This document shows, one piece after another, positions 1 through 12,197 of a stretch of DNA of 64,000 nt. Below the pieces are notes generated by a model. That model was not told the DNA's origin. It did no database searches and worked only from the letters and a program-made list of their open reading frames with translations. The stretch is from Tubiluchus corallicola (Eukaryota > Animalia > Priapulida): NCBI GenBank assembly GCA_030141605.1, contig JAQGDQ010000430.1, forward strand, positions 124,001-188,000. Reading direction: 5' to 3'. Positions within the stretch are counted from its first letter, which is position 1. Each line of letters starts with the position of its first letter. A program made the translations under genes and the position numbers.

Positions 1-59
1 TTGCGTTCGTTTAACTATTGATTCAGTGTATTCATACATACATATTCAAACGTACTTCC

Positions 60-140
60 ATTTATTCATTCATTCGTTCGTTCGTTTATTCATTCATTCA
101 TTCATTCATTCATTCATTCACTCATTCATTCATTCATTCA
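60..140. repeat. (TTCA)n microsatellite
   Basis: Direct reading. Confidence 0.9.
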
Positions 141-1624
141 CTTAGTCCTACAGCTGCTTTTATTTCAAAACGATGGTATCACATGATTTGCATAGTACAC
201 AGTTTAGCTGAGCATTATAAAATCAAATCTGCTTTTAGCAGCTTTTGCAAATCAAAAAACGCTATCTTGAGTCAGAATAGTTTAATCGTCATCATCATCA
301 TCATCGCGCCATGCTCTGACACACAGAGAGCACACGAGCGATTATGGAGGGCATTTATAAGATATATTTGTGTTATAATCCCGGCTGATAAGCAGACACA
401 GAAAGAGAGATTAGTAGATGGCAGATGCGTGGAATGAATGCTGCTGTGACTCATACAAAATGTTTGTAACGCAGGGCTGCAAAGTGAACGCGAAGTCAAG
501 GAGTGTAGAGTGATAGTTACAACCACATTGTTCACGTCATTAAAATTTCATTTATCTACAATGATGCAACGGCAGAGCAAGAAACAGGTGTTACTGCTTG
601 ATTAAGTAAAGTAAAATACCGTGCTTTTTATTTCCCGGTTTTTATGTCATCCGAGTTTTCAACCAAAACAGCTCTCAGGATTTAAAGCAGGACAATCATA
701 TTATATTCATTTCAAGTAACAATGAAAAATTACAAAAAATGGAAAAGGAAAACGGGTTACTGTTTATTAAATAATCGTGAGTTGGGTTAATATAATTCAA
801 AACAGACTTGTGTATAATTAGTAAGTTAAAATACTAGTACAAGTTCTATTTCTGTGTGTTTTCACAAACAAAATTATATGATATAAACAGTCTTTTGATA
901 TCGTGAATTTTTTAGCGAAAATAAAAATTATTCGTTGACCGTGAAAACGAGTGCTGTTTGGTTTAAACATACTCTGAACGAAATAAACTACGTTTAAGCT
1001 AAACAGTAGTCTTTTTCGACGTCGATGAATAATTTTTATTTTCACGAATTTGTTCAGTTTAGAAGTCTAAAAGTGTTACAGTAAACTAGGACAATCTCGG
1101 GAAACAAGATTTCTGGATGCGCCAGTACAGGTACCCCAGAGAGATGTAATCTAAGTTAATCTATCAGAAGTAGATTAGCTTCAGTATTATACAAATCGGG
1201 AAACTTGCAACGTTTCACACACATAAACAATCGAGGTAAAAGACAGCGGGCGGAAAACGCATCGTATAGAACATCGGCGGCAACATCAAAGGCTTTGATT
1301 ACATTTCTATTGTGGACACCTGTAAAAGAAACAAATAGGACGACGAGGACAGATCTAAGACGGGTTCGATACACCGAGCAAGGAAAGCAAAGAATTATGT
1401 GAAACCTTAATCCACGTACTTTGGCGCACATGTACGGCACACTTTACCTAAATTATTATTTTTGACAAAATTTTATTACATTTAGTTGCGGCTTGTGAAG
1501 AAATTCAATCATTCATTTTGCCTCTTATTTAAAGAGTGCTTTGTAATCCTTTGCTAGACGTTCGAGTTTTCCTAACAACAAGGACAGCAACACTGACTGA
1601 TGTTGTTTTCATCATCATTGGCGA

Positions 1625-1968
1625 CACCAATACAACCACCATCACCAGCACCCCCACCGCTACCACTCCCACACTACTACTACTACCACCATTGCCCCAC
1701 CAACATCACCACCACCACCACCACCAAAACTACCAACACCACCACCACCACCACCACCACTACCACCATCACCACCACCACCGCTGCCGCCGCCACTGCC
1801 ACTGCCACCACCAACACCACCACGACCATCACCACCTCCACCACCACCATCGACACCACCACCACCACCGCCGCCGCCACCACTACCACCACCACCACCG
1901 CTGCCGCCGCCACTGCCACCACCAACACCACACTTCACCACCACTACCACCCACAACAACCACCATCA
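1625..1968. repeat. (CAC)n/(CGC)n compound microsatellite
   Basis: Direct reading. Explains the poly-His/Thr/Gly/Val ORFs. Confidence 0.92.
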
Positions 1969-2042
1969 CAGGTAGCAACGAAACAGTTACATTTTAGCTG
2001 TACTTAAGCATATAAGTGATTCATCATATATACTTGGCGGCT

Positions 2043-2094
2043 AAGTTAAGCAGCACCAGGTGTGACCAATAAATGTGTGGGAAACCGTCGGGAA
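2043..2094 (+). pseudogene. Degenerate 5S rRNA-derived fragment
   Basis: AAGTTAAGC, then 23 nt, then GTGTGGGAAACCGTCGGGAA, compared with 5S GGATGGGAGACCGCCTGGGAA. Confidence 0.45.
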
Positions 2095-2942
2095 AATGAT
2101 TGCTTCAGTAGGATGAACATTTTTTGTAGTTTATGTCTCATCTCAAAAATTGTTATTTCTTTTTAGGTCCCGCCATAAACATTAGTAGACACCGTCGTAT
2201 TCTACATTCCGGTTTGCAATAACCGATTTTGCCCAACTGTTTAAAAACAATCACATTTTTTAATTGAGAATGAACCAAAAAAATAAAATTACAGCCTTGT
2301 AGAGCGTTTGTCACAATAGATTCATGGCAAATTTAACCACGCGAAATCGATTTAATGTGAATTTAATTGAATTTCAAGCTGCTGGTGGCGTCTCAACACA
2401 AAAAGAGAAGATCTCGCTTCAAGTGCGCTGACGTAACGCATTTTGATAAAATTCATAACAAGTCTGAGCTTCCTCAATTTTTAGTGCTGCCACAAACATC
2501 AAAGACTTGCCGACGCTTGTTTGATATCACGGCCAGGTAGACCCAGAATTACCTTTGTTTTGTATCTTCAGGTCAAGTGTTTTTTTATCACAAGCCTACC
2601 TACGTATGTTTTATACAATTGTACGTTTTGCTTAGGCCTGTATTATGAAACAGTGAGACCGAAAAAATTACCTTATGTTAAAAAGTGTGTACATTTAAAT
2701 GTAAATCTAGCTATGTTGCTTGTAGTTGTTGATATGTTCTTGTATATTTTGTTATAATACTGTTTTACTGTTATTATAGTCATCAGTGATATTAAAAAGG
2801 ATAATTGTAATTATTTTCTAAGTTATTATAATGTTCACACTGGTCCTTGCAAATAGAGGTTATTTATGTATATTATGTATGTATTTATGTTAATATACAT
2901 AATCATATACATAATAAAATAAAGTTATAATGATAATAATAA

Positions 2943-2944
<2 letters not shown>

Positions 2945-3000
<56 letters not shown>

Positions 3001-3032
3001 TCCCTCTCCCTCTCCCTCTCTCTCTCCCTCTC
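2945..3032. repeat. (CT)n microsatellite
   Basis: Direct reading. Confidence 0.95.
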
Positions 3033-3470
3033 CATCCCCTTCAAAATCGACTTGTACGTATTTATAAACGAAACTTTATTCATTGTTCTAGGAAATATTG
3101 GAAAAACACTGACGATACTCGAAGTGTGTGTTTAACAACAGTGAAAACGAATCACGGCAAATTCGTCATCCAATATAAGTCTTCAAATAGCTGTAAGCCA
3201 TACTTATAATGTACGTACGTTAACTATTAATTACTACAGTTTAGATATTTTATTTAAACATAATTTAATAATGTAAAGAACTTGCAGCTAGCTGTTAGAT
3301 TTGTTAAAACAATGTTAATAGAAAAAATGTGAATAGAAAAAGACGACTAAGGCGGGATTTGAACCAGTAATCTACTTTCGCTGTTAGTTCTAGTATCAAT
3401 CCACTGAACTTTTGTTTGACTCCAGAAAATAATTTTTGCACTAATAAATGAACTTTCTACTTTTGATTAA

Positions 3471-4053
3471 AGGAAGACAGGATGATTTTTCATATACTAC
3501 CCCATTTTCAAGTCCGATAAAAAGTATACATTTTAACACAATTAATACTTACAAAAGCGTTTCTGATAATTAAATTATAGATTTAAAACTTAATTAACGG
3601 CGGGCGTACACAACTATTGATGACATCACAAATTAATATAAGTTTCAACAATAAAAATATTCCACGAGCGTGTTGCAGTAGTACAGCGGTACTGTAAGAT
3701 ATTCAGTGTGTTGTACTAAAACTAGACAAGTTTTAAGATAAAATCCAAATTTCAAATTTACCGCTGGACTCACGCGTGAGCTGTGGAACGTGTGCAGTTC
3801 GTCACAAGCTAACACATCTGAACTGAGAGGTACATCACCTGTTTTGTGCAATGCGTTTCGGAAATGCTGGCTTTAGTGCCCATCTAACCAGCGAATGGCG
3901 AAATGCATGTAACAGCGAAGAAGTAGTGGCGCGAACGCGAAATCGTGCTAGTGTCGTAATAAGTCATTTTTAAAAAAAATAGCATGTTTCTTTTCAATAT
4001 TTTAGTGAGTAGCTTCTTTTGACATAAGGTTTAAGATTGGGTCCGGTTTTGCT
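3471..4053 (+). mobile_element. Kolobok-like non-autonomous DNA transposon, copy 1
   Basis: TTAA on both sides, AG...CT termini with imperfect TIR (AGGAAGACAGGA / TCCGGTTTTGCT). Alignable over its length with four other copies. Confidence 0.8.
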
Positions 4054-6068
4054 TTAAATAAGATAAGTTAACGCCAAAAACAGAGCATGCATCCAAACAT
4101 AGGTACCATACTGAATTATAAATTACCTTAGCTAAAGATTTAACTAGTCAAAAACAATTTTTAAACGATTTATAAAGCGAGTTTCTTATTCCCCGTGTAG
4201 GTATAAGAATCTAGCTCCCAGCATGAGATAGCTATAGTCACATAATTTTACGATGGAAAGTTTCTATTCTGAATGTGTACTTAATACGTCACACATTGCA
4301 TTATATTCTACATGAAATGTTCTACAGAATTCACTATTTATACATACAAATGATCAAAACCGCCAGAACAGAAATATATAATACTAACTACTAAAAATAA
4401 ACTATATTATTATATATTATTAAATAATATATTCTCATAGTTTTTTGCAATTCTGTGATTAGCTGAAAATAAACTCATGAAGGTTTTTTTAATTTTTCAT
4501 GGTGGCTTATTACATAAAGACATGCGAACGTAGGCTATTATAACCTTTCATAAATATAAGTATAAATATTTTCGTGAAAAAACTTACAAGCTTAGAAACT
4601 GAATTTATACAAGACAATGATAAATAGTTCCACCTTTTCAAAATAAAATGAAGCATGCGCAGTAGCAACTCGGCAAGGCGCATGGTGAAATGTCTTGAAG
4701 TGTCTACGACATATTTTTGTGCACAAGTTAAACCACAAACTTGATCACCTCAAAATAATCATAAGACAATTTCGTGCACTTGATTTCGGCATGTGAAAAT
4801 ATAGAGCAGTTCAAGTCAATTATGAGTGACTTCTGCTAACAACAGGCATAGTAATTTCGTAATCGAGTACGCCATGCAATTCAGGTACAATTGAGTACAT
4901 TCAGGCCATTTTGGCATTTCACACCATAGAGTTCAGATAACAAGAAAATAAATCGAAATGAAATGACATTTTTCCGCCAAAATTTTGACGGATAGACGCG
5001 ACCTCGCTACGCCACATTTGAAATAATTCACAGTCCTCCCATTATCATCAATAATTTTCAACAACTATTTTAAATATTTTTAAAATTCGTCAACTGGAAC
5101 TGAGAACATCCGTCATATTCGGGCGGGCCATTTTAAAATGATTGATGTTCTGTCGAAAAATCCATGTCAGGAACTACATTAAATTTGAAGTTTTCGCGCA
5201 TAATGAGACTGATTGTTTAATTTATATCAAAAATTAGCCGTTACATGCTGCACAACGTAAACACTAAGTACACATACACAACAATCACGTACTTTAAGAA
5301 ATAATATATCAAAGGTTTCCAGGGAATATTTTATTTTTTTTCTATAGGGGAAGGTCTGGTAAAATGAGTCCACGGGGAAAACAATAATAATATTGAAATA
5401 AACGAAATATTACATCCAGAAAAAGAAACATCAATGGTTGAACGAAGTTTGCGTATTACACAGAAGTAAAATCATAAATTGAACACTAAATTATGAAAGC
5501 GCTCATGTCGCACCATACAGCCTAGTTGAAGTAATTATTGAATCAGAAGTTACAATACAGTTATTCCCATTGTATCTTCGCTAAATCCAGTTTAGCTTAA
5601 ACGTGAAAGTGCAGACATTTTGGTATTGTTCCCTACTACCCTAAGAACATTGTTATTATTACCATTTATTCCATTAAAACATACAATAATAAAACAATTA
5701 CTTCGAGTAAAATTACTTAACTAGAAAGTAATAATTAACTAATTACTACGTTATAGTATAATATCTCCCTTAAAGATTATTATTTTCAAATCTGTCGCTA
5801 ATCTTTTCATTTCAATATATTGCAAAACTTCCAACACAAAATTTACAGTAAATATTTGATTTTGATTTTATAAAAGTTTAAATAATATGGTAAAGTAATT
5901 AGCATTTATTTCTTGATTATTACAACTCGTATTACTGCATAACAATTAGGCAAAGAACAAAAAATATGTTTGTTTTATATTGCACGTTCTTTACTTGCTG
6001 AGGTCGTTTCAGTAAAATATTCCCTACTTTTAATATCTATTTTTAGTGTTTTTTTGTGGTGTTCACTC

Positions 6069-6567
<499 letters not shown>

Positions 6568-7303
6568 TACTAATTTTATGTCCTTTATGAGCGTGCAGCA
6601 AGACACGCATGAAATTGGCAGTTGAATTCTTATAACTTTAATTAATTATCAGTCTTCCAAGTTCAATGTTAACGTTATGCATATAGCTGTGGATATATTT
6701 TAACATTTAAATAGCATTTTTTATGAAACTTTTTAAAGAAAAATGAAAATGTGTATGTTTAAAAATATTTTTAATAGTTTTGGTGCTTTATAGATTCCTT
6801 TAATGTAATGTAATGTAATTTAACGTAACGTAATGCAATGTGATGTAAATCACGTGATGTTTTCAGTCCCCCCCCCCCCATTCATCTTTTGACTCACGTT
6901 GTTGAATAATCTACAGTAGCCTTAGGAAGTTAACTATCTACCAATTTGCTTGCATGCACGAACGTTTGTATGGGTGATTGCTTGTTATGTGGTTCAGATG
7001 CTTGCACGATTCAGACGATTTGCATATAAACGGGGGAAAGACCAGGCAATCACCACGTTTTCCACCCCAGTCCCCAGAATAGTTGATGAGTTATTGCTAT
7101 TTTGCATGCAATTAATTATAACGTGCTCCATTATAATTACATCAGTTCCTTGTACAGCTATGAATTAACAATTACGCGGATTGATTTTTTATAAAACTAA
7201 TGATTGGTCGCCTTTCCGACTGGCTGATTTCTGGGACAAACTGCATTTATTTCTCTCAGAGCAACTTTGCTTATTGTAGGAAGTTTTCTATATAATGGTA
7301 TAA

Positions 7304-7390
7304 GGGGAGAAAGAGAGGGGGAGAGAGAGAAAGAGAGTAAGGGGGAGAGAAAAAGGGAGAGAGAGGAGCAAATAAAGGGTGAGAGAGAAA

Positions 7391-7425
<35 letters not shown>

Positions 7426-7550
7426 GGAAGAGAGAAAGACAGAGGGAGAGAGCAGTGGGAAGAAGAGGCGGAAATAAAGCAGAAGAGAATGAAAGAAAGG
7501 AATGAAAGAAAGAGAGAGAGATAGAGAGAGAGGGGGGGGAGAGAGAGAGA

Positions 7551-7610
<60 letters not shown>

Positions 7611-7990
7611 AAGAGAGTAGTGCAAGAAGAAGCGGAAACAAAATAGAAGAGAGTGAAAAAACGAATGAAAGAAATAGAGAAAGAGAAACAGAGAGAGAGA
7701 AAGAGAGAGAGAGGAAGAGAGAGAGAGGGGGAAGAGAGGAGAGAGAGGGGAGAGAGAGAAAGAGAAGGAGAGAGAGAGGGGGGAGAGAGAAAGACAAAGC
7801 GAGAGAGAGAGACAAAGAGAGAGAGGATGGGAAGAAGGGGAAGGGAAAGAGAGAAAGAGGGAGATGTAGAGTGAAAGGGGGAGAAAATGCAAAAGATAGA
7901 TAGGCGAGAAAAACGACAGAGAAAGTAAAGAAAAAACAAAATAAGTACGAAAGCGGAAAACGAAAATGATATAAGCAGAAAAAAGAAACT
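7304..7990. repeat. GA-rich polypurine tract
   Basis: About 700 bp of mostly purines with (GA)n cores. Confidence 0.93.
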
Positions 7991-8765
7991 AGTTTCTTCT
8001 AGCATAGTGTGTATAGTATAGTATAGCATAGAAACTAGTATAGTGTGCATCATACACTGTATAAATTATGATATCAATAATACAAGTATGTAGTATAAAT
8101 TAAGTTTTACAAAACAAATTAACGTGTTCCTTTCCACTTTTTTATTTTCGGATTCTGCACATTATTAATCTGCAAATATGACTCAACAGCTACTGAGTAT
8201 TTTAACCTTTACTGTAATTAAGTGTTGTATTTCATTAAACGCTACCTTAATTTCAGAGAATTATTATTTACCTGTATTTAAAGCATTTTGGTTTTATTAT
8301 GGATGCAAATTCTGTTATTATTAGACTGACGAAATTAAAGAATTCATATCTGGCGTATAGGTAAGCATTTTAGAACATTCGCGAACATAAAAGTACTGCA
8401 ATTTAGGCACCAAGCATTTTAGCATTTAGTTTTTTTTACAATGACTTAAACTCTCTTACAAAAGCAGTATTATATTAGAATGATGAGTTAAATTCTAATA
8501 ATAAATTTCTATTAATAAACCACCAAATGTTTGATATTTTATTTAGACATGTGTGTACAACACACACATTTATTTTTATTTCACTAAATAATCTTAATTC
8601 CAGTCTTAAATGCGATGAGGATTTTGGTTAGTGACAGTTGTCATGGTAATGAAGGTGATGAGCAAGAAGACGACGCTTTTCAATGATGATACTTTGTGAC
8701 ATTTGTTGCGGACGATGTGGTAGTGATGAGCAATTAGTAAAATTAGTGATGACGATGTCGACAAG

Positions 8766-8895
8766 GATGCTGATGATAATAATAATGATGATGATGATGA
8801 TGATAATGATAATGATGGTAATAATAATAATAATGATTACAATGACAATGATGAGTGGTGGTGGTGGTCATGATGACGACAACAACGATGATATC
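8766..8895. repeat. (GAT)n/(AAT)n low-complexity tract
   Basis: Direct reading. Confidence 0.85.
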
Positions 8896-9515
8896 ACTGA
8901 CTACAACGTTGGATAAAGGTCTTCTGGCGACCTTCTTGAGACACAGATTCACAATGTGCAGCATTTATCACAGAATTCAATGACTTGCTTTAATTTGTTT
9001 TTATTATTGCGCTTTGACTTTAGACTTAAAAATTCGATTATAAACTTGAAATCCTTTTTTACATAAATATGGAGACATTTTTTTCTTTGTGAAAAGGGCT
9101 GATAAATGCTGAGTTTTTTAAGAACTACAAAAAATCTACAGTGAAGCAAAACCTTGGTGACCTACGCAAAATAAGCTTAATTTCCAGCTTAAGAAACCAG
9201 AAAATAATAATGAAAATATCTCTAACTTTTATAACTTCCTGGTTTCTGGTTATTGTTAAATTAAATTATGACAAATCGTCACTGATTCATTTATATTTGG
9301 GAGACGAAGCGAACGTGTATACGAACGCGTGTGTGCTTAAATTAGCAAAACAATTTTTGAGCGCAGAAAAACCTGCATTTTAAACAATACCATTGCCTTT
9401 CTTTTCCTATCATAACAGTTTTAATCTTGTGAATATTTTAGCCTATTTACTTATATATTAGATGGAGTACAAAAAAAATGTTGTGATGACTAACTAAATA
9501 CTACATCAAACTTAC

Positions 9516-9688
9516 CGGAAAAAGTCTGTCCGGCAGAAAAGCTTACTGTCCCTAGAGAAACACTTATCGGTCAAGTTAATTTTACATTCGCAACATCGGA
9601 CGCAGTCCGTGTGCCATGCCCTGTCCAAAACATTGAGGAGAAACCGATCAGTGATCGGGCGTTCACAACCCGCGCACAAAACCACCAT
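9516..9688 (-). CDS. Lhx1/5: First coding exon (LIM domain 1) of LIM-homeobox gene Lhx1/5 (Lim1); the rest of the gene lies beyond the left edge of the window
   Basis: Manual translation of the minus strand gives [57 protein letters not shown](R). It has a full LIM zinc-ligand pattern (C5,C8,H26,C29,C32,C35,C52,D55) and the Lhx1/5-diagnostic [13 protein letters not shown]. The exon ends at a CG|GTAAG donor (phase 2). An in-frame TGA lies 30 codons upstream of the ATG. Confidence 0.96.
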
Positions 9689-10659
9689 ATTTGCAGCTCC
9701 TCTCCGTCCTTTATAATTGCTGCACGTGCTTATTCTTGCTGCTCTATCAAGCAGATTGTTATCCCTACAAGGACCTCACAATCTTTCAATTACTGGCACA
9801 ATATTTTCCAAATTTCTTCCGATGATATTACTCACAAACGCGCTGAATATGGCCGCATTATTTACGAGGTTTTTAAAATTATTGTGACCGCTTATGAAAC
9901 ATAAACTGACGCCATAACAGTCATCTTCACCCGATATAAATCTCATATTATGGTGTCGCGGGTAAAATTTACTGATCCCCAGTTTTTGCACCTGTTGAAG
10001 ACACAGCGCTATGACTCTTTCACTGCCGTAAAGGTGTTCTTCGGCTGTAGTTTATTTGTAATAAATTATTGTTCAGCTCGAAAACGCGTTTAGCCGCGGG
10101 TCTCAGTCTCGACGATAGATCATACCATGCTCTTGCATTGTGTTCCCCTTTCAAAAACGCCGCTAAATCATACACACTACGCCGCATAATCCCGGAGTAG
10201 TACCCACTAGGCAGATCGTGATGTATTCGCCTGGCTGAAATCTCAATAAGAATTCTCGCTGGTCTGAAGTACCCGTGGAATAATTCCTATTCATCATCCC
10301 AGCTTGTCATCTTCTGTTAAAATAAACATAATAATAAAACACATATATAGAACATAATTTGGCACATTGAAAACAAATTTGCTGTACATGTATAAATGAC
10401 TCGAATGTTTACGTTTATGTTTCAAACAACATAGTCGCAAAACGCTATTATTTAGACATAGAGTGTGACTACATAATGTTTCCTGGTGTTAGGTTTCAAG
10501 ATGTGACTAGGCAAAAACTTTTCTTAGTTAAAAGATATTTTATCGCTTTTGCTTTGCTTACCACCCGCGGTTGTTGAAATTCGACAGTGACTCCAGTCAA
10601 AACAAGAAAAAAATCAATATTTCTAAAAACAAGCGTGCTTGGATTATGCCACTTACGTG

Positions 10660-10930
10660 AAATATAAAAGAAAGTTACAATGCAAACTAAAACGCAAACC
10701 GGCGGAAATGTGATCGCCACGTAGAGTAAAGTCTTCATGTCAGCTGCAGGGTTGTGGACAAGCGCAAGTTTGTGGGAGGAGCTAAGTTTTGTCAATAGAC
10801 GCGTTGCCCGGGCTGCGTTCACTAAGCTCCGCCCACGCAGCCTGAACAGAAAAGAATCTTGTAGTTCATGATTGATGGCAAGGATTGAGTCGAAGCGCAA
10901 ATCGACAGATTGGACTTAGAGACGTCGATT
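10660..10930 (-). promoter_or_regulatory. Putative proximal promoter of Lhx1/5
   Basis: CpG/GC-richer island about 1 kb upstream of the ATG with a GC box (CCGCCC ~10829), TGATTGAT (~10869, Pbx/Hox-type), ATTGG (CCAAT box, ~10909) and GGCGGAAAT (E2F/ETS-like). The TSS cannot be seen from sequence alone. Confidence 0.45.
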
Positions 10931-11844
10931 TATTATAACCTGGGACGAGTTTTGTGCGAGTTTCTCTCTTGGCGGAATTTTAACACGTTCCATTTTTTAT
11001 TTTGTCCAGTTTGTTATTTTAACGTACCGTTACAACATTAATATCCTGAAAATCCATTCAGTTTTGACAAGTTACAAGTTAGAACTAAGTAACAAGCACG
11101 GAATAACATCCATTTAGCTGAGAAGAAGTTAGATGAAACTAAAGTGAAAGGCTCAGCAGAAACGGTGCAACCATTCGTAAAAAATTATACTAATAAGATG
11201 CTAAGAAGATACAGGATAATAAGTTTTTATACATGAAAATTCTACTGAAATTGTCAACTATAATTACACAACAAGACTTTGTAAATGTTTTTTCTTCCTT
11301 TGAAGTCACTTCCCTTCTCTAGGCGACATTATTTGCTAGCTTATTAAACGTGTGGCAGCTGTTCTAACGTTATATAATATCGCTCTAATAAACTGTTTAT
11401 GGTGTAACAACTTAATTGCTGTATAACTGTGTTATATCTAATTTGAAGTACTTCTGGTGATCATATTTTCACTTAAACACTGAATTACAAGATAAATCTT
11501 TACCTATTACTAGACACCAATTTCTGACTATTTTACTTAGTAAAGGTATAATCAACAAAGCAAATTATGGAGTTTCTCGATCATTCTTGTCCCATTTGAG
11601 TTTGTTTGTACATTTAGAGAAGTACAGGACATGTTACAAGGAGGAATGATTCATTATTAATTAAGACAACATTTTGTACTTAGAGATTTTCATAAGATAT
11701 CATTAGTTGAGTAATAATTAATTAGATTATCAATAGAGCAACTACAAAATGACCATCGTAGTGCGGGATTAAAAAGCCGGCAGGCTACCCCGGAATTCCA
11801 CCCACTGACTCCCGAGCCAAGTTGAATTCCGTCCACTGGTATAA

Positions 11845-12197
11845 AATACAATACAATACAATGTGATGCAATACAATACACAATAAAATACAATGCAATA
11901 GAATATAATACAATACAATGCAATGCAATACAATACAATACAATACAATACAATACAATACAATACAATACAATACAATACAATACAATACAATACAATA
12001 CAATACAATACAATACAATACAATACAATACAATACAATACAATACAATACAATACAATACAATACAATACAATACAATACAATACAATACAATACAATA
12101 CAATACAATACAATACAATACAATACAATACAATACAATACAATACAATACAATACAATACAATACAATGCAATACAATGCAATACAATACAATACA
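11845..12197. repeat. (AATAC)n pentanucleotide microsatellite
   Basis: Direct reading. Explains the YCIVL/IQYNT ORFs. Confidence 0.97.

Noticed and set aside
1156-1440. Good-looking minus-strand acceptor (ttcttttacag|gtgtcc at ~1320) as Lhx1/5 exon 2
   Set aside because: The frame required by the phase-2 intron hits TAG after three codons and there is no LIM2 sequence.
1536-2007. His-rich, Thr-rich and Gly-rich ORFs
   Set aside because: Translations of a (CAC)n microsatellite that is open in several frames, with no splice or domain support.
9611-9904. Plus-strand 97-aa ORF overlapping the LIM exon
   Set aside because: Antisense shadow of the real exon, GTG start, no recognisable domain.
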